Source of the DNA: Chiloscyllium plagiosum
Taxonomy: Eukaryota
Length of the DNA: 55,519 nt
Direction of reading: 5' to 3'
Assembly (NCBI RefSeq): GCF_004010195.1
Contig: NC_057719.1
Coordinates: forward strand, 35,278,137 to 35,333,655
Position numbers and translations under genes: made by a program. Numbering within the stretch: the stretch's first letter is position 1; every line of letters begins with the position of its first letter. The notes under the pieces were generated by a model that was not told the DNA's origin, did not search any database, and saw only the letters and a program-made list of their open reading frames with translations. Shown here one piece after another: positions 11,523 to 22,859 of the stretch.

Positions 11523-14500
11523 TGGTTGGCCAGGTAGAAGGTGAGGACCGGAGAGGGTTCTGTGTTTGTCGTGATTGGAGGGGTAGGGTTAAGGGTGGAG
11601 GTTCGCTAAATGGAGGAAATGTTTAGAGGACATCATTGACCACATGGGAGGGGAAATTGTGGTCCCTGATGAAGGAGGCCATCTGGGATGTTCTATGGTG
11701 GAATTGGTCCTCCTGGGAGTAGATGCGGCAGAGGCAGAGGAATTGTGAGTAAGGAATAGTATTTTTGCAGGAGGCAGTATGGGAGGAGTTGTAGTCCATG
11801 CAGCTGTGGGAGTTGGTGAGTTTGAAGTATATGTCCATGTTGAGGCGGAAATGGAGATGGAGAGGTCCAACAAGGGGAGGGAGGTGTCTGAGATGGTCTA
11901 GGTGAAGTTGAGGTCAGGGTGGAAGGTGTTCGTGAAGTTGATGAACTGTTTAACCTCCTCATGGGAGCATGAGGTGGCGCCAATACAGTGATCGATGTAA
12001 CGGAGGAAAAGGTGGGGAGTGGTGCCAATGTAGCTGCGGAAGATGGACTGTTCCATGTATTGAATGAAGAGACTGACATAGCTGGGTCCATGCGGATGCC
12101 CATGGCTAACCCTTTGGTCTGGAGAACATGGGAGAATGCAGAACTGTGCTGAGAAGTGGCAGATGGAGTTCAACCTAGAAAAGTGTGAAGTCATTCACTT
12201 TGAAAGTCAAATTTAAATGCAGAATACAGGGTTAAAGGCACGATTCTTGGCTGTGTGGAGGAACAGAGGGATCTTAGGGTCCATGTCCATAGATTCCTCA
12301 ATGTTCCACCCAAGTTGATAGGGCTGTTAAGTAGGCGTGTGGTGTATTGCCTTTCATTGAGTTTAAGAGAAGAGGCAATTGAGTTTAAGAGCTGTGAGGT
12401 TATGCTGCAGCTCTTTAGAACTCTGATTAGACCACACTTGGAATATTGTGTTCAGTTCTGGACACCTCATGATAGGAAAGATGTGGAAGCTTTAGAGATG
12501 CTGCTGAGGAAACTTACCAGGATGCTGTCTGGACTGGATGGTATGTCTTTTGAAGAAAGGTTGAGGGCGCTAGGGCTTTTCTCATTGGAGCGAAGAAGGA
12601 TGAGAGGTGACTTGATAGAGATGTACAAGATAATGAGAGGCATCGATAGAGTGGATAGCCAGAGACTTTTTCCCATGGCAGAAATGTCTATCACAAAGGG
12701 GCATAATTTTAAGGTAATTGGAGGAACGTTTGGGGGAGAGGTCAGTGGTGGGTGCATGGAATTCACTGCCGGCAGTGGTAGTAGGGTCAGATACATTAGG
12801 GACATTTAAGCGACTCTTGGACAGGCACGTGGAAGATAGTTCAATGAAGGGTATGTAGGTTAGTCTGATCTTAGAGTAGGATAAAAGGCCAGCACAACAT
12901 TGAGGGCTGATTTGTCTGTGCTTTGTTGTTCTGTTCTATGTTCTGATGCTCCACTTGAGTCTTCCCATCCTGCTTCAATTAATTCTATCAGCATAACCCT
13001 TTCTGTTTTCCCTACTTCTTCTTCGACAGTCCTTCAGAATTGAGGATGACTTGCTTTCACTATGGTTTTATGGGATTTGAATTGCTGTCATGTCTAGACT
13101 CTTTAGGGCAGGTCATAAAGGATTGTCAACAACACCTGAACCTTGTGGTTCCTGACGAAGTCTCGATGTGGTCAGTACCTTTCCTTATGAACTTTTTGCA
13201 ATTTATCCAGTCATGGTGCAGGTCCTCCCTAGAGTTGACTTCCCATTTTCCAGCCGTCCCTTTACCTGTGAACATTTGCCCCCAATCAGCTTTTAAAAGT
13301 TCTTGCTTAATACCATCAAAATTGGCCTTTCTCCAATTTAAAACTTCAACTTTTAGATCTAGTCTGTTACAGGTGCTAATTTTAAAAAAAAATGGCCCAC
13401 ATCAAATAGTTGAGAAGAAATGGTTTATTTTAATTTTATTCAAATGGTGCCCTCTGGGTGAATGTTTTCATCATTTCTGTAAAAACAGCTAACCTACATG
13501 TCAGCCACACAGGTCTGTGTAAAATTGATTTCTACCAAATTTATTCTCTCAGATATTTACGAAGTAAAAGTTGGAAAAAAGATTCAATTAGCAATATATT
13601 CTGAACATAAGGCCTCAAAACTATAATTAGTGATACGTTTCTGCAAATTTCAGTAAAAATTTTAAGTTCAGATATATACAAAAAGAAAATTCCACACAAC
13701 TATCATGTTCCTGAACACTGCTGATGACCAGTGCCTTGCTAATGGTGGATGCACTGCTGAGCAGGCTCTGCTGTTGCTAATAGTAGCTAAAACAAAAATG
13801 CCCGAAAACAAATGCCTCATCTGGACAGTCAGCTCAAATTGTCAAATTACAGTATTCCATAACAGCAACCATTGCCAAGTTCATTGTTGAATTTAGGCCA
13901 TAGCTTAAAATGGTCATAAAATAAGAATTTTGCCTATAATAGCTTTATAATATTCTTTCTTGTATGTAGTGAATTTTGAAAAAAAAAGTTTTTGGATTAA
14001 ATTTTGGAGTTGTCTTTTAAATTAATCATTTGAGAACATAAATATTGTGATCCAAACAATTGAATACATCACTTAGTACTTAGTACGACTTGCATTCAAA
14101 CTAATTTGTTTTAGTTTGTGATAATCAATCTTAACATCACAAATCATTTTATGCCGTGTAAAAATAGGATAATGTGGAAGCTTATACTTGTGTTATATAT
14201 TAGTGCTAAGGATCATAATTGAATTAATAGTTATGATAGACCTATAGACTTTAATTGGTTGGTTGAGGGCTCTTGAGGTGCAATGATAGTGTTCCTCCCT
14301 TTGAGGCAGGAGACCAAGGATCAAGTCTGACCTATTCCAGAGGTGTGTAATAACATTGTTGAACAGTTGATTAGAAAATATCTATAGTTGCTGACTATGT
14401 GAGAGGAAGGGAGTTATAATTCATACAGCACAAGAGGCCCTTCATCCATCAAGTTTATGTCAATCTATCTACACTAATCCCACTTTACAGCATTTGGCCC

Positions 14501-14711
14501 ATATGTCACAACATTTTAAGTGCTCATCCACGTTTTAAAAAAAGTTGTGAAGCTTCCTGCCTCAACGCCATACTACTCCCCACCCCCCGCCCTAGGCAGT
14601 GCATTCCAGATTTCCACTACCCTCTGGGTGAGAAAGCTTTTAGTCACATCCCCTCCAAATCTCCTGCCTTTCGCCCTAAATCCCTAGTTATTGACACTTC
14701 AGCAAAGAGGT

Positions 14712-14788
14712 AAAAACAATGACTGCAGATGCTGGAAACCAGATTCTAGATTAGAGGTGCTGGAAAAGCACAGCAGTTCAGGCTGCAT
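14712..14788 (-). mobile_element. Penelope tail/pLTR fragment
   Basis: GACTGCAGATGCTGGAAACCAGA...GCTGGAAAAGCACAGCAG matches 3726-3810. Confidence 0.75.
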
Positions 14789-14997
14789 AGGAACAGCTGC
14801 TTTAGTGCACATTGAAGGCTGTAGGCCAAGTGCTGGAAGGAGCCGTCTTGTGGTGCAGTGATAGTATCCCTATCCCTAGACCGAGATACTCTGGTTCAAG
14901 TCTATCTGTTCTAGAGGTGCATAATAACATCTCTGAACAGGTTGATTAGGAAAATAGGCCAAGTACTGGAACTCATGTAGCACAGTTGCAGTGTCCT

Positions 14998-16955
14998 GAA
15001 ATGACCTTGGCAAGTATGGTTAAAGAGAATCCCAAGGCATTCTATACATAAAAAATAAAAGGAGAACTAGCGAGAAGGTAGGACCACTCAAAGAAAAATG
15101 AGGAAACTTGTGTTTGGAGGCAGAGGATTTAGGCGAGATCCTAAATGAATACCTTGTGTCGGTATTAACCCAGGAGAAGGACATGAAGGATAGTGAGATT
15201 AGTGTGGAGTATGCTAATATGCTGGGGTATTTTGAACCAGCAAAGAAGTGATCTCTTGAAGAGCATTAAGATAGATTAGTCCCCAGGGCCGATGATATTA
15301 TTTCAGCTTATTGAGAGAGGCAAGAGAGGAGATTGCTGAGGCTTTGATCAAGATCTTCATATCCTTGCCAGCCACTGCAGAGGTCCCAGAGGATTGGCGA
15401 GTAGCTAATGTTGTTCCTCAGTTCAAGAAGGGAAATAGGGATAATTCAAAAAACTATAGACCAGTGAGTCTCGGTGGTTGGGAAGTTATTGGAGAGAATT
15501 CTTGGGGATAAGATTTAGATACATTTGGAAAAGCATGGCCTAATTAGGGACATTCAGCATGGCTTTCTGCGGAGCAGGTCACATCTTACTAACTTGATTG
15601 AATTTTTCAAGGCCGTGACAAAGGTGATCGATGAGGATAGAGCGTGGATGTTGTCTACGTGGATTTTAGTAAGGCTTTCAACAAGGTTCCTGATAGTAGA
15701 CTCATCTAAAAGATTGAGATACGTGGGATCCATGGTGAGATACCTGCTTGGATTCAGAATTGGCTTGCCTGGAGAAGACAGAAGGTAGATGTGGAAGGAT
15801 ATTTTTCTGGCTGTGACTAGTGTTGGTCCACATGAATAAATACTTGGAGCTCTGCTGTTTGTGATATATATAAATGACTTGGATGGAAACATAGATAGGT
15901 GGGTTAGTAAGTTTGCAGATGACAAAAAGATCAATGGAGTTGTGGATAGTGTAGAAGGTTCTCAAAGAATATGGTGGGATATAGATCAGTTGCAAATATG
16001 AGTGAAGAACTGGCAGGTGACATTTAATCAGGCAAGTATGAGGTGTTGCACTTTGGGAGTTCAAATATTAAGGGAAGGTGTACAGTTAATAGCAGGACCC
16101 TGAACAGCATTGATGTACAGAAGGATCTTGGAGTTCAAGACTTTAGTTTATTCAAAATGGCCACACAATAGATAGGATGGTAAAGAAGGCATATAGCATG
16201 CTTGTCTTTATTGATCAGGGCTTGGGACAAAAGGCCTGTTCATGTGCTGTACTTTCTATGTTCCTACCTCCAAGTCAAGGAGGCCCAGGTAAACTCCCAC
16301 CTCCTTCAGAGGTTGTAATAACATCTCTGGACAGTTTGATTAAGAGTCAGGATGTCATGTTGCAGCTTCATAATACTTTGGTTAGGCCACACTTAAGAGT
16401 TTGCATTCAGTTCTGATTGCTACATTACAGGAAGAATGTGGAAGGTTTGGAGAGAGTCGAGACAAGGTTTACCAGGATGTTGCCTGGATTAGAGGTTATG
16501 AGGCTAGAAAAACTAGGAGTTTTTTTCTCTGGAGCAGCAGAGGCTGAGGGGAGACTTGAAAAGTCCATAAAATTATGAGGTGCACAGATAGGTGTGGCAG
16601 TCATAATCTATTTCCCAGAGTTGAAATATCTAATACTGGAGGGCATGCATTTAAGGTGAGGGGCGGGGAGGAGGAGTGTTGGGGAAGGGGTGCGTAGGGA
16701 AGTTCAAAGGAGATGTGAGGGGCAGGTATTTTATATGGAGAGTGGTAGGTGTCTGGAATGCTGTGCCAAGGATGGTGGTGGAGGCAGATATGATAAGGGC
16801 ATTTAAAGGACTTTTACATAAACACATGAATATGCAAGGAATGGAGTGTTATGCACCAAGGGCAGGCGAAAAGGTTGAGTTTAATTTAGCATCATGTGTG
16901 GCACAACATCATGGGGCAAAGGCTAGTTCCTGTGCTGTACTGTTCTATATTCTCT
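14998..16955 (+). mobile_element. 5'-truncated CR1 LINE inserted in a short-SINE unit
   Basis: ORFs 15311, 15525, 16177 and 16676 give EVPEDWRVANVVP, QHGF...LTNLIEFF, LVRPHL and RVVGVWNAVP. Tail CTGTACTGTTCTATATTCT; TGTCC is repeated at both junctions. Confidence 0.92.
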
Positions 16956-17929
16956 GTCCCTACCTCCAAGTCAGGAGGCCCGGGTTAACTCTCACCTGCT
17001 TCAGAGGTGTGTAGTAACATGTATGAACAGTTTGTTTAGGAAAATAGGCTTCATACTGAGACTTATGTAGACAGTGGCAGTGTCCCTACCTTCATATCAG
17101 GAGGCCCAGATTCAAGTCCGACCTACTCCAAAAGTGTGTAATGACATCTCTGAACAGTTTTTTTAAGAAAAATAGATTAAAGTTTGGTGACCGAAAAAAG
17201 ACAGTTCAGTTGAAAAGGCCATTCAGTTGTGTGTAAGAGCACTTCTGGATACAAAGAAAAATAGGCCAAGTGTCCCTTCCTCTGAGCCAGAAGGCCTGGG
17301 TTCAAGTCCTGCCTGTTAACATCTCTGAACAGAAACTGATTTAAGAAATTATCTACAATTGCATTTCTCGAAACAACCATCCTCAGCTCGAGACAAGCTA
17401 ATTCTACCAAAGTTGCAATAAGTCTACTTAGGTAAACAGACATAACTTGACTAGTTCTGATTATATAGAGTACCGTTCAAGAGGCTAAGCATTAGGGCAC
17501 TTATGGTGCAGTGGTAGCATCCCTGCCTCTGAGCTAGAAGGCCCGAGTTCAAGTCCCACATGCTCCAGAGGCCTATCATAACATCTTTGAACAGGTTGAT
17601 TAGAAAATGTCTCGGCCAAGTGTTGAAGGGCCCTTTTGGTGAAGTAGTTGTGTCACCACTCCTAAACCAGGAGACCTGGATTCACCAGAGACCTGGTCTA
17701 GAAGAGTGTAATGACATCTTAATAGTCGATTATAAAATGACTAGGCCAAGAGCTGGAAAGTAGAACTGCTATAGATTGACAGTAGTTTTTGTCAGTACAG
17801 ACTTAACAGTTTTAAGGGCCTCTTCTGTACTGTATGATTCTATGATTTATGATTCACATGTACCACATGACACCTCCCTTGACCTCTTTGCTGTCTCCAA
17901 TCCATTATTTGGTTTGGTTGACTTGCAGT

Positions 17930-19500
17930 TTTTTTTAAATGAATTTGTTACATCACATTGTAACACACCTCTGTTTCCCTCCCTTCTCAAACAGAGATGT
18001 CACATATTAGCAGTTCTCCAATCCATTGGAACCCTCCCAGATTCCAGTGAGTTTTAGAATATTTAGACCAATGCCTCCACTCTTTCTGCAGTTATTCCCT
18101 TTAAAACCCCTAAATGCAAACCATGAGGTCCTGGTGACAAGTCTGCCTACAATCTCATTATTTTATCAACTACTTTGTTCCTTATGAAAGGCACTGTTAA
18201 GAGGCCTTTACATAAGCAAAGCACTAATGGAAGTAATTTTTTTTGGGGATGTTTACAACAACGCAGAATATTGGTATCAATTACCTGCTATTGCCCTGTC
18301 TCCCATTATCAATTCTCCAGTCACAATATTTAAATCCAAATATCTGCCATTACTCATCCAATGACTTTCCCATTCACCTGTTTTCCCCAACCCACTTCAG
18401 AATACTCCTCCTTAACACCTTTGTAGCTGTACTTATTTAGGTTGAGAACACTAATTTGAGACCAGATTTTCGCCCCATGGGACTGAATTTAAAATTCTGC
18501 GTTGTGATCATTACCCACTAGAGATTCTTAACTAAGAGTTCTCTTATTAATCCTGCTTAATTATAGATTACTAGATCTAAATAGTTCTTGCTTAAGTTGT
18601 GCAATGTACTGCTCTGAGAAACAATCTCTGATGCATTTCACAAATTTGTCTTCCATGTTACCCTTGCACATTTCTCTCATCAATGAGCAGATTAATATCA
18701 CTATAACACTTGAGAGTCACCATCTTATATGCTTTGAATTATTTCCAGATTTATACTTTGTCCTAGAGTAAGGCAACCTAGGAACTAATAACTAACTACC
18801 ACCAAAGACTTCTTTCCCTTGATATTCCTTGTTTTCACCCAGGGATTCCACCTAAGTATCCATTGCACCTGTATCACTACTCACCACAACACTGATATCA
18901 TCCTTTATTAACAATGCTACCCCACCAGCTTTTCCTTTCACAAAACATCAAGTTAGTCCTGGTCACTCTGGAATCATAACTCTGTTACAGCAATCAAGTC
19001 ATATGCATTTCTTTTTCTTTGTACCATCAACTCATCTGTCTTGTTACAGATGCTGCATGCATTCAGATGAAAGAACCTTAAACTTTGACTTTTTACCACT
19101 CATGTATTCTGGTTCTAATTTCAACTCTACCCTGTATGTATCATCTAGCCCTTCCAGTCAGTCTGATTATCATTCACCTCTACACTACCGTGCACCACTG
19201 CTCATTTCATTTTGATTGTTTCATTTTGATTTTTCAAAACTTCTCTTCAATTGAATCTACCCCTTTCTCTAATTAGCTCTGATGCACTGATTATAATCCG
19301 AGTTATGCAATTCACCAGTACATTGGTCCCAAAATAGTTCAAATAAGCCTGTCCCAACAGAACAGCTCTTTCCCCAGTACTGGTGCCAGTGTCCCATGAG
19401 TCAGAAGCAATTTCTCCCATTCAAATCTCTGAGGAATGCTTTTAGCCTCTCTAATTCTATATGCCTGATGGCATTTTGCACATGGCTCAGATAGTAGTTC
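17930..19500 (-). mobile_element. Old, heavily degraded CR1
   Basis: Reverse-strand remnants of the GxVPxDWRxANV region and of EN-domain sequence (GGVALLIK at ~18900). Confidence 0.55.
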
Positions 19501-19949
19501 TTTTGATCTTCTGAATATTTCAATTCCTAGGGTTGTAGAGTTTCTTACCCATAGTATACATCCAACTATTTCTATTCTACTTAATTAATTAACTTGATCG
19601 CTAAATATTTTAAAAGTTAATTTCCTAACTGTGTCCTTCACCTGTAACATCTGATTTAAACCACTTGGCTAATCAAGAGACACAGAAGAAGCTGAACCCA
19701 TGGTATGTGTTGATAAAAGCATGAGTGCTACTAGTGATATTTTCAAAATGAAAAATATGTTGTCTTTGGTTTGTGATATTAAGCATGATATGGGGAAATG
19801 GTTTGATCATAAGTTCCATTTAAACTATGTACATGTGTATATTGCACTATTTTCAAATTAATATTCAAGTCAAGAAGAGTTTTCACACCACAGAATGGCA
19901 ATTTCTTCAAGAAGAGTTGTGCATTCTTAAAATGCATAACATCTGCAAT

Positions 19950-20150
19950 TGGGATGAGTTAGTTCAGTGGTTAGATGGCTGGTTTGAGATGCAGAGTAAC
20001 TCCAACAGCGTGTATTCAATGCCAGCACCAGTTGAAGTTACAAAGGAGTCATCTCTGCCTCAACCTCACTCCTTACTTGAGGCATTATGACCCTCAGGTT
20101 AAACCATCACCAGTTGTCTGCAATGAGCAAACAGCTATGATCACTTTCAT
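19950..20150 (+). mobile_element. Degraded tRNA-derived SINE (distinct family)
   Basis: A-box-like TAGTTCAGTGG and degenerate B box, followed by a GACCCTCAGGTTAAACCATCACCAG body. Confidence 0.45.
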
Positions 20151-20252
20151 ATCAGCATTACAATTTTCATATTCTGCATTAGATGACAGAGAAATACTTT
20201 CAGGGGTTGATATTGTTACTCTTATATTCATTAAGTTTTTATTTATTTATAG

Positions 20253-20330
20253 TGTCCAGGAAAACGGAAACCTACTACAAAATGTTACAATTTACCCTCT
20301 TCTACAGAAAGAAAAAGTGAAGGCTACTGA
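20253..20330 (+). CDS. MOK: MOK terminal coding exon (CPGKRKPTTKCYNLPSSTERKSEGY*)
   Basis: Strong acceptor tttttatttatttatAG|TGT, phase 0 and compatible with the donor at 8079. The peptide resembles the MOK C-terminus (KP...LP.I.RKGG) and is followed by about 1.1 kb of repeat-free, AT-rich UTR-like sequence. Confidence 0.72.
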   Translation, partial: CPGKRKPTTKCYNLPSSTERKSEGY

Positions 20331-21418
20331 GAACAAATACAATTCAAGAATATTCAATAACCATTCTCCTTTATACATCAAAGCTTTTGTAATTTTTAAA
20401 AAAATTGTAAAAGATCATATTTTAAACTGTCTTCCACTGGGCTACAAGCCAATCATTAGGTTTGTGCCTTATTCCTAACTTCAGTTTTTAATCAGGGCTA
20501 CAATCAAATGTTCACTTATTTCATATTAGAAGGCCTTATGTTTAAAAGCTCACATTGAAAAAAATTGAATAAGCCAAAATTGATATCTGATATATTAACC
20601 TGAAATAAGTTGGATAAAATTATTTTACTTGTTGATCAAAAGCTGAAGACATTGGTTAATATGCTTCACTCCTCCAATCTTCACAAATCGTCCATAAGAG
20701 ACAACACCAGCGTTTATGTCTCTGTCCTAAAATATTGATCTGCACGAGTGAAATTTAATTCACTTTTAATTTCATCAAATAGTTTTAAACTGTTTATGTA
20801 TTTTCACAGAAATATTACAAATATTTATGATCTTTGTACATAGATTTTTGATTTTCTTTAGGCTAAAGTAACTGGATTGAGCATTTTAATGGATTGAAAC
20901 ACAATATTTTTCTAGCCTGTTCAAGTGCATTTTTATTAAAAAGTTGCAATCATGAAATAAAATGGAATACCAAAATGCCTTATTTTAGTACATTGCAACC
21001 ATTTAACTTGTTTTCTAGAAAACACGATTATGTCAGAGTCTTAATAAAATGGTTTACATATTTAACATTTGCTGTTTGGTGAATGAATATTTCTTTCATT
21101 TTTGTCTTTTTTTTATTTGAAGAACAAAATACTAGTTCGCTCCATTTATCATTTATCTGTACTTCATCCCATTTTGCTTGTCGTCAAAGAAGCAAACCAT
21201 TTCAGTCAGGTTCTAAATCGTATGGAAACATAATTCCTGTGGAAGGTTCATTTTTCAACCATATACATGATTCCAAATTTATTGGCAAGTCAACATTGAC
21301 ATTTCTACATTCTAGTAACATTTTACAGAATTATAAATAGAAAATAATAGTAAACTAATCATTACATTGTCTAAATAACACTTTAGTATTTAATCCATTT
21401 GAAAAAGAACTCAATAAA
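20331..21418 (+). other. MOK: Probable MOK 3' UTR with candidate AATAAA signals at 20956, 21043 and 21413
   Basis: Unique AT-rich sequence after the TGA at 20328-20330, with three AATAAA hexamers. Confidence 0.45.
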
Positions 21419-21519
21419 AAATGCAACATCTAACATTGTTTCTTACATTATTAATGTAGTTTGTATATTATTTTATAATACTTTTGAACTACACAAACAT
21501 CTTGCATTTGTATAATGTT

Positions 21520-22800
21520 CTTTGTGTATTAAATTCCCAAAGGCACTTCACAAAGTATTGGATCAAACAAAATTTTACACCAAGTCACACAGGAAATAAC
21601 GGCAGATAACCAAAACCTTTCTTAAAACATGGGTTTTAAAGGAATATCAGATCGGTGAATTAGTGAGTTTTAGGGAGAGTAGCCCAGAGCTTAAGGCATA
21701 TCTGCCAACTGTGCAGCAATTTAAAATCCAGAATCCTGAAGAGACCAGAATTGGAGGAGCAGAGGTATCTTGATGGACTGGAGGAGATTATAGACATTAG
21801 TCATGGGTAGATTTAAAAATAAGGATGCAACTTTTAAAAGCAAGGTTTTCCTTAATCTTGGAATTGGTATTAGTCAGTAAGAATTTAAAATGATAGGTGA
21901 CCTTGATTTTGTTCATAGGACAATAAATTCTGGATAATGACAGTTCCGAGGTTCCATCTTTGAGTCTGTTTACAAGTTGATTTGTACACAAGTTGGAACA
22001 CAATGCAGAACAATAGAAAGTAGCCATTCAAAAGTAAAGGAAATTTTTATATGTCAAGATCTTTAAAATTACACCCCTGTATAGGATGGCATTCGTAAGT
22101 CAAACTGTTGTAAATCAGAGAACCCCTGTAAGGGGTTTATGGGGGGGGCGGTGGATATAGAAGATAGACTAGTCAGGAATGCTTTGGATTAGTCAAACAT
22201 TCTAGCTTATTAGTTCAGCCTCTAGCCTAGTACCTGGAGTGTCTGTTGCAACAGAAAGCAATATCAGAAGAGTTGTTGGGAGATATAATGAAAGTGAAAA
22301 TTGGGGGTCTTATTGATGGGAAATATGTAGCCAGAAGGTCATTGAAATCAGATGATACCAAGGATGTGAACAGTCTGGGTCAGTCTCAGATAATTACTGG
22401 GGAGAGATGGAGTCAAAGGCAAGGGTACAGAGTTTGTGCTGAAAACCGAAGACAATAGCTTCAACCTTCCCAATATAAAGCGGAGAAAGCCACTACTCAT
22501 CTAGTATTACATGTTGGAGAAGCAATCTAACAATTTAAATACACAGGACAAATTGGAAGGTGGTGGTAGTAAAGGAGAGCTGGGTGTCACTGTAGTACAT
22601 GTGGAAACTGATGGTAACACAGAGAATAGTGAGCAGATTAGAAATAGAAAAGGCCAAGTATAAAAATCTTGGAACACCAGAGGTAATAGATGGTACTTTG
22701 ACTTTCAGTGGATAAATGATCAATTATAGCTGCACAATTGGAAAAGACACTGTAGCAGGATGGTGTGCTGAACCAGTTCAAAAGCTGCAGGCCACCACAA
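21520..22800 (-). mobile_element. Degraded L2 LINE, possibly containing a Tigger-like MITE at ~21920-22131
   Basis: Minus-strand RT remnants SGVPRFLYL and FHMYYSDTQL (YADDTQL-like, L2). A TIR-like TTCGTAAGTC...CCCCTG-TA end lies at ~22130. Confidence 0.55.
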
Positions 22801-22859
22801 TGTGTTTCAAATGGGAATGCATATATTTGATGATATTTCATACCAGCTGTGAGTTGGAA

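Larger units (their letters stand above)
9957..12136 (-). mobile_element. Penelope-like retroelement (RT C-terminus, GIY-YIG endonuclease and pLTR) containing two SINE insertions
   Basis: FLRYIDHCIG and TIPYSQFLCL RT motifs at 11524-12120. The GIY-YIG-type segment GLLYIGET...RFRKH...PVAEHFN lies in ORF 10271..10990. TSD TGCAGAACTG at 9946-9955 and 12137-12146. Confidence 0.92.
9100..12945 (+). mobile_element. CR1 fragments: an old piece at ~9100-9780 and a younger RT/3' end (9780-9956 plus 12137-12945) split by a PLE
   Basis: GPLLFVIFMNDFD...QWDIDRVQNW resumes at 12137 (EKWQMEFN; ORF 12255 LIRPHLEYCVQFW, RRMRGDLIEMYKI) and ends in a (TTCTA/G)n tail. Confidence 0.88.
14266..17758 (+). repeat. 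Cluster/tandem array of a ~115-bp tRNA-derived short SINE
   Basis: Copies at ~14266-14384, 14839-14954, 14972-14997+16956-17045, 16262-16342, 17057-17175, 17268-17357, 17495-17612 and 17627-17741. Each has A box TGGTGCAGTGG, B box GTTCAAGTCC and a common 3' end AACATCTCTGAACAGGTTGATTAGAAAAT, or a degenerate version of these. Confidence 0.85.

Noticed and set aside
17495..17570. tRNA gene (also the heads of HE1 copies)
   Set aside because: A/B boxes are present but there is no complete cloverleaf, and the sequence continues into SINE bodies.
14822..17758. CRISPR-like repeat/spacer appearance
   Set aside because: The context is eukaryotic, the intervening units are homologous SINE copies rather than unique spacers, and there are no cas genes.
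19670..19710. Possible extra MOK micro-exon (ETQKKLNP-like, followed by GTATGT)
   Set aside because: No pyrimidine tract, the frame does not fit the phase-0 flanks, and the similarity is too short.
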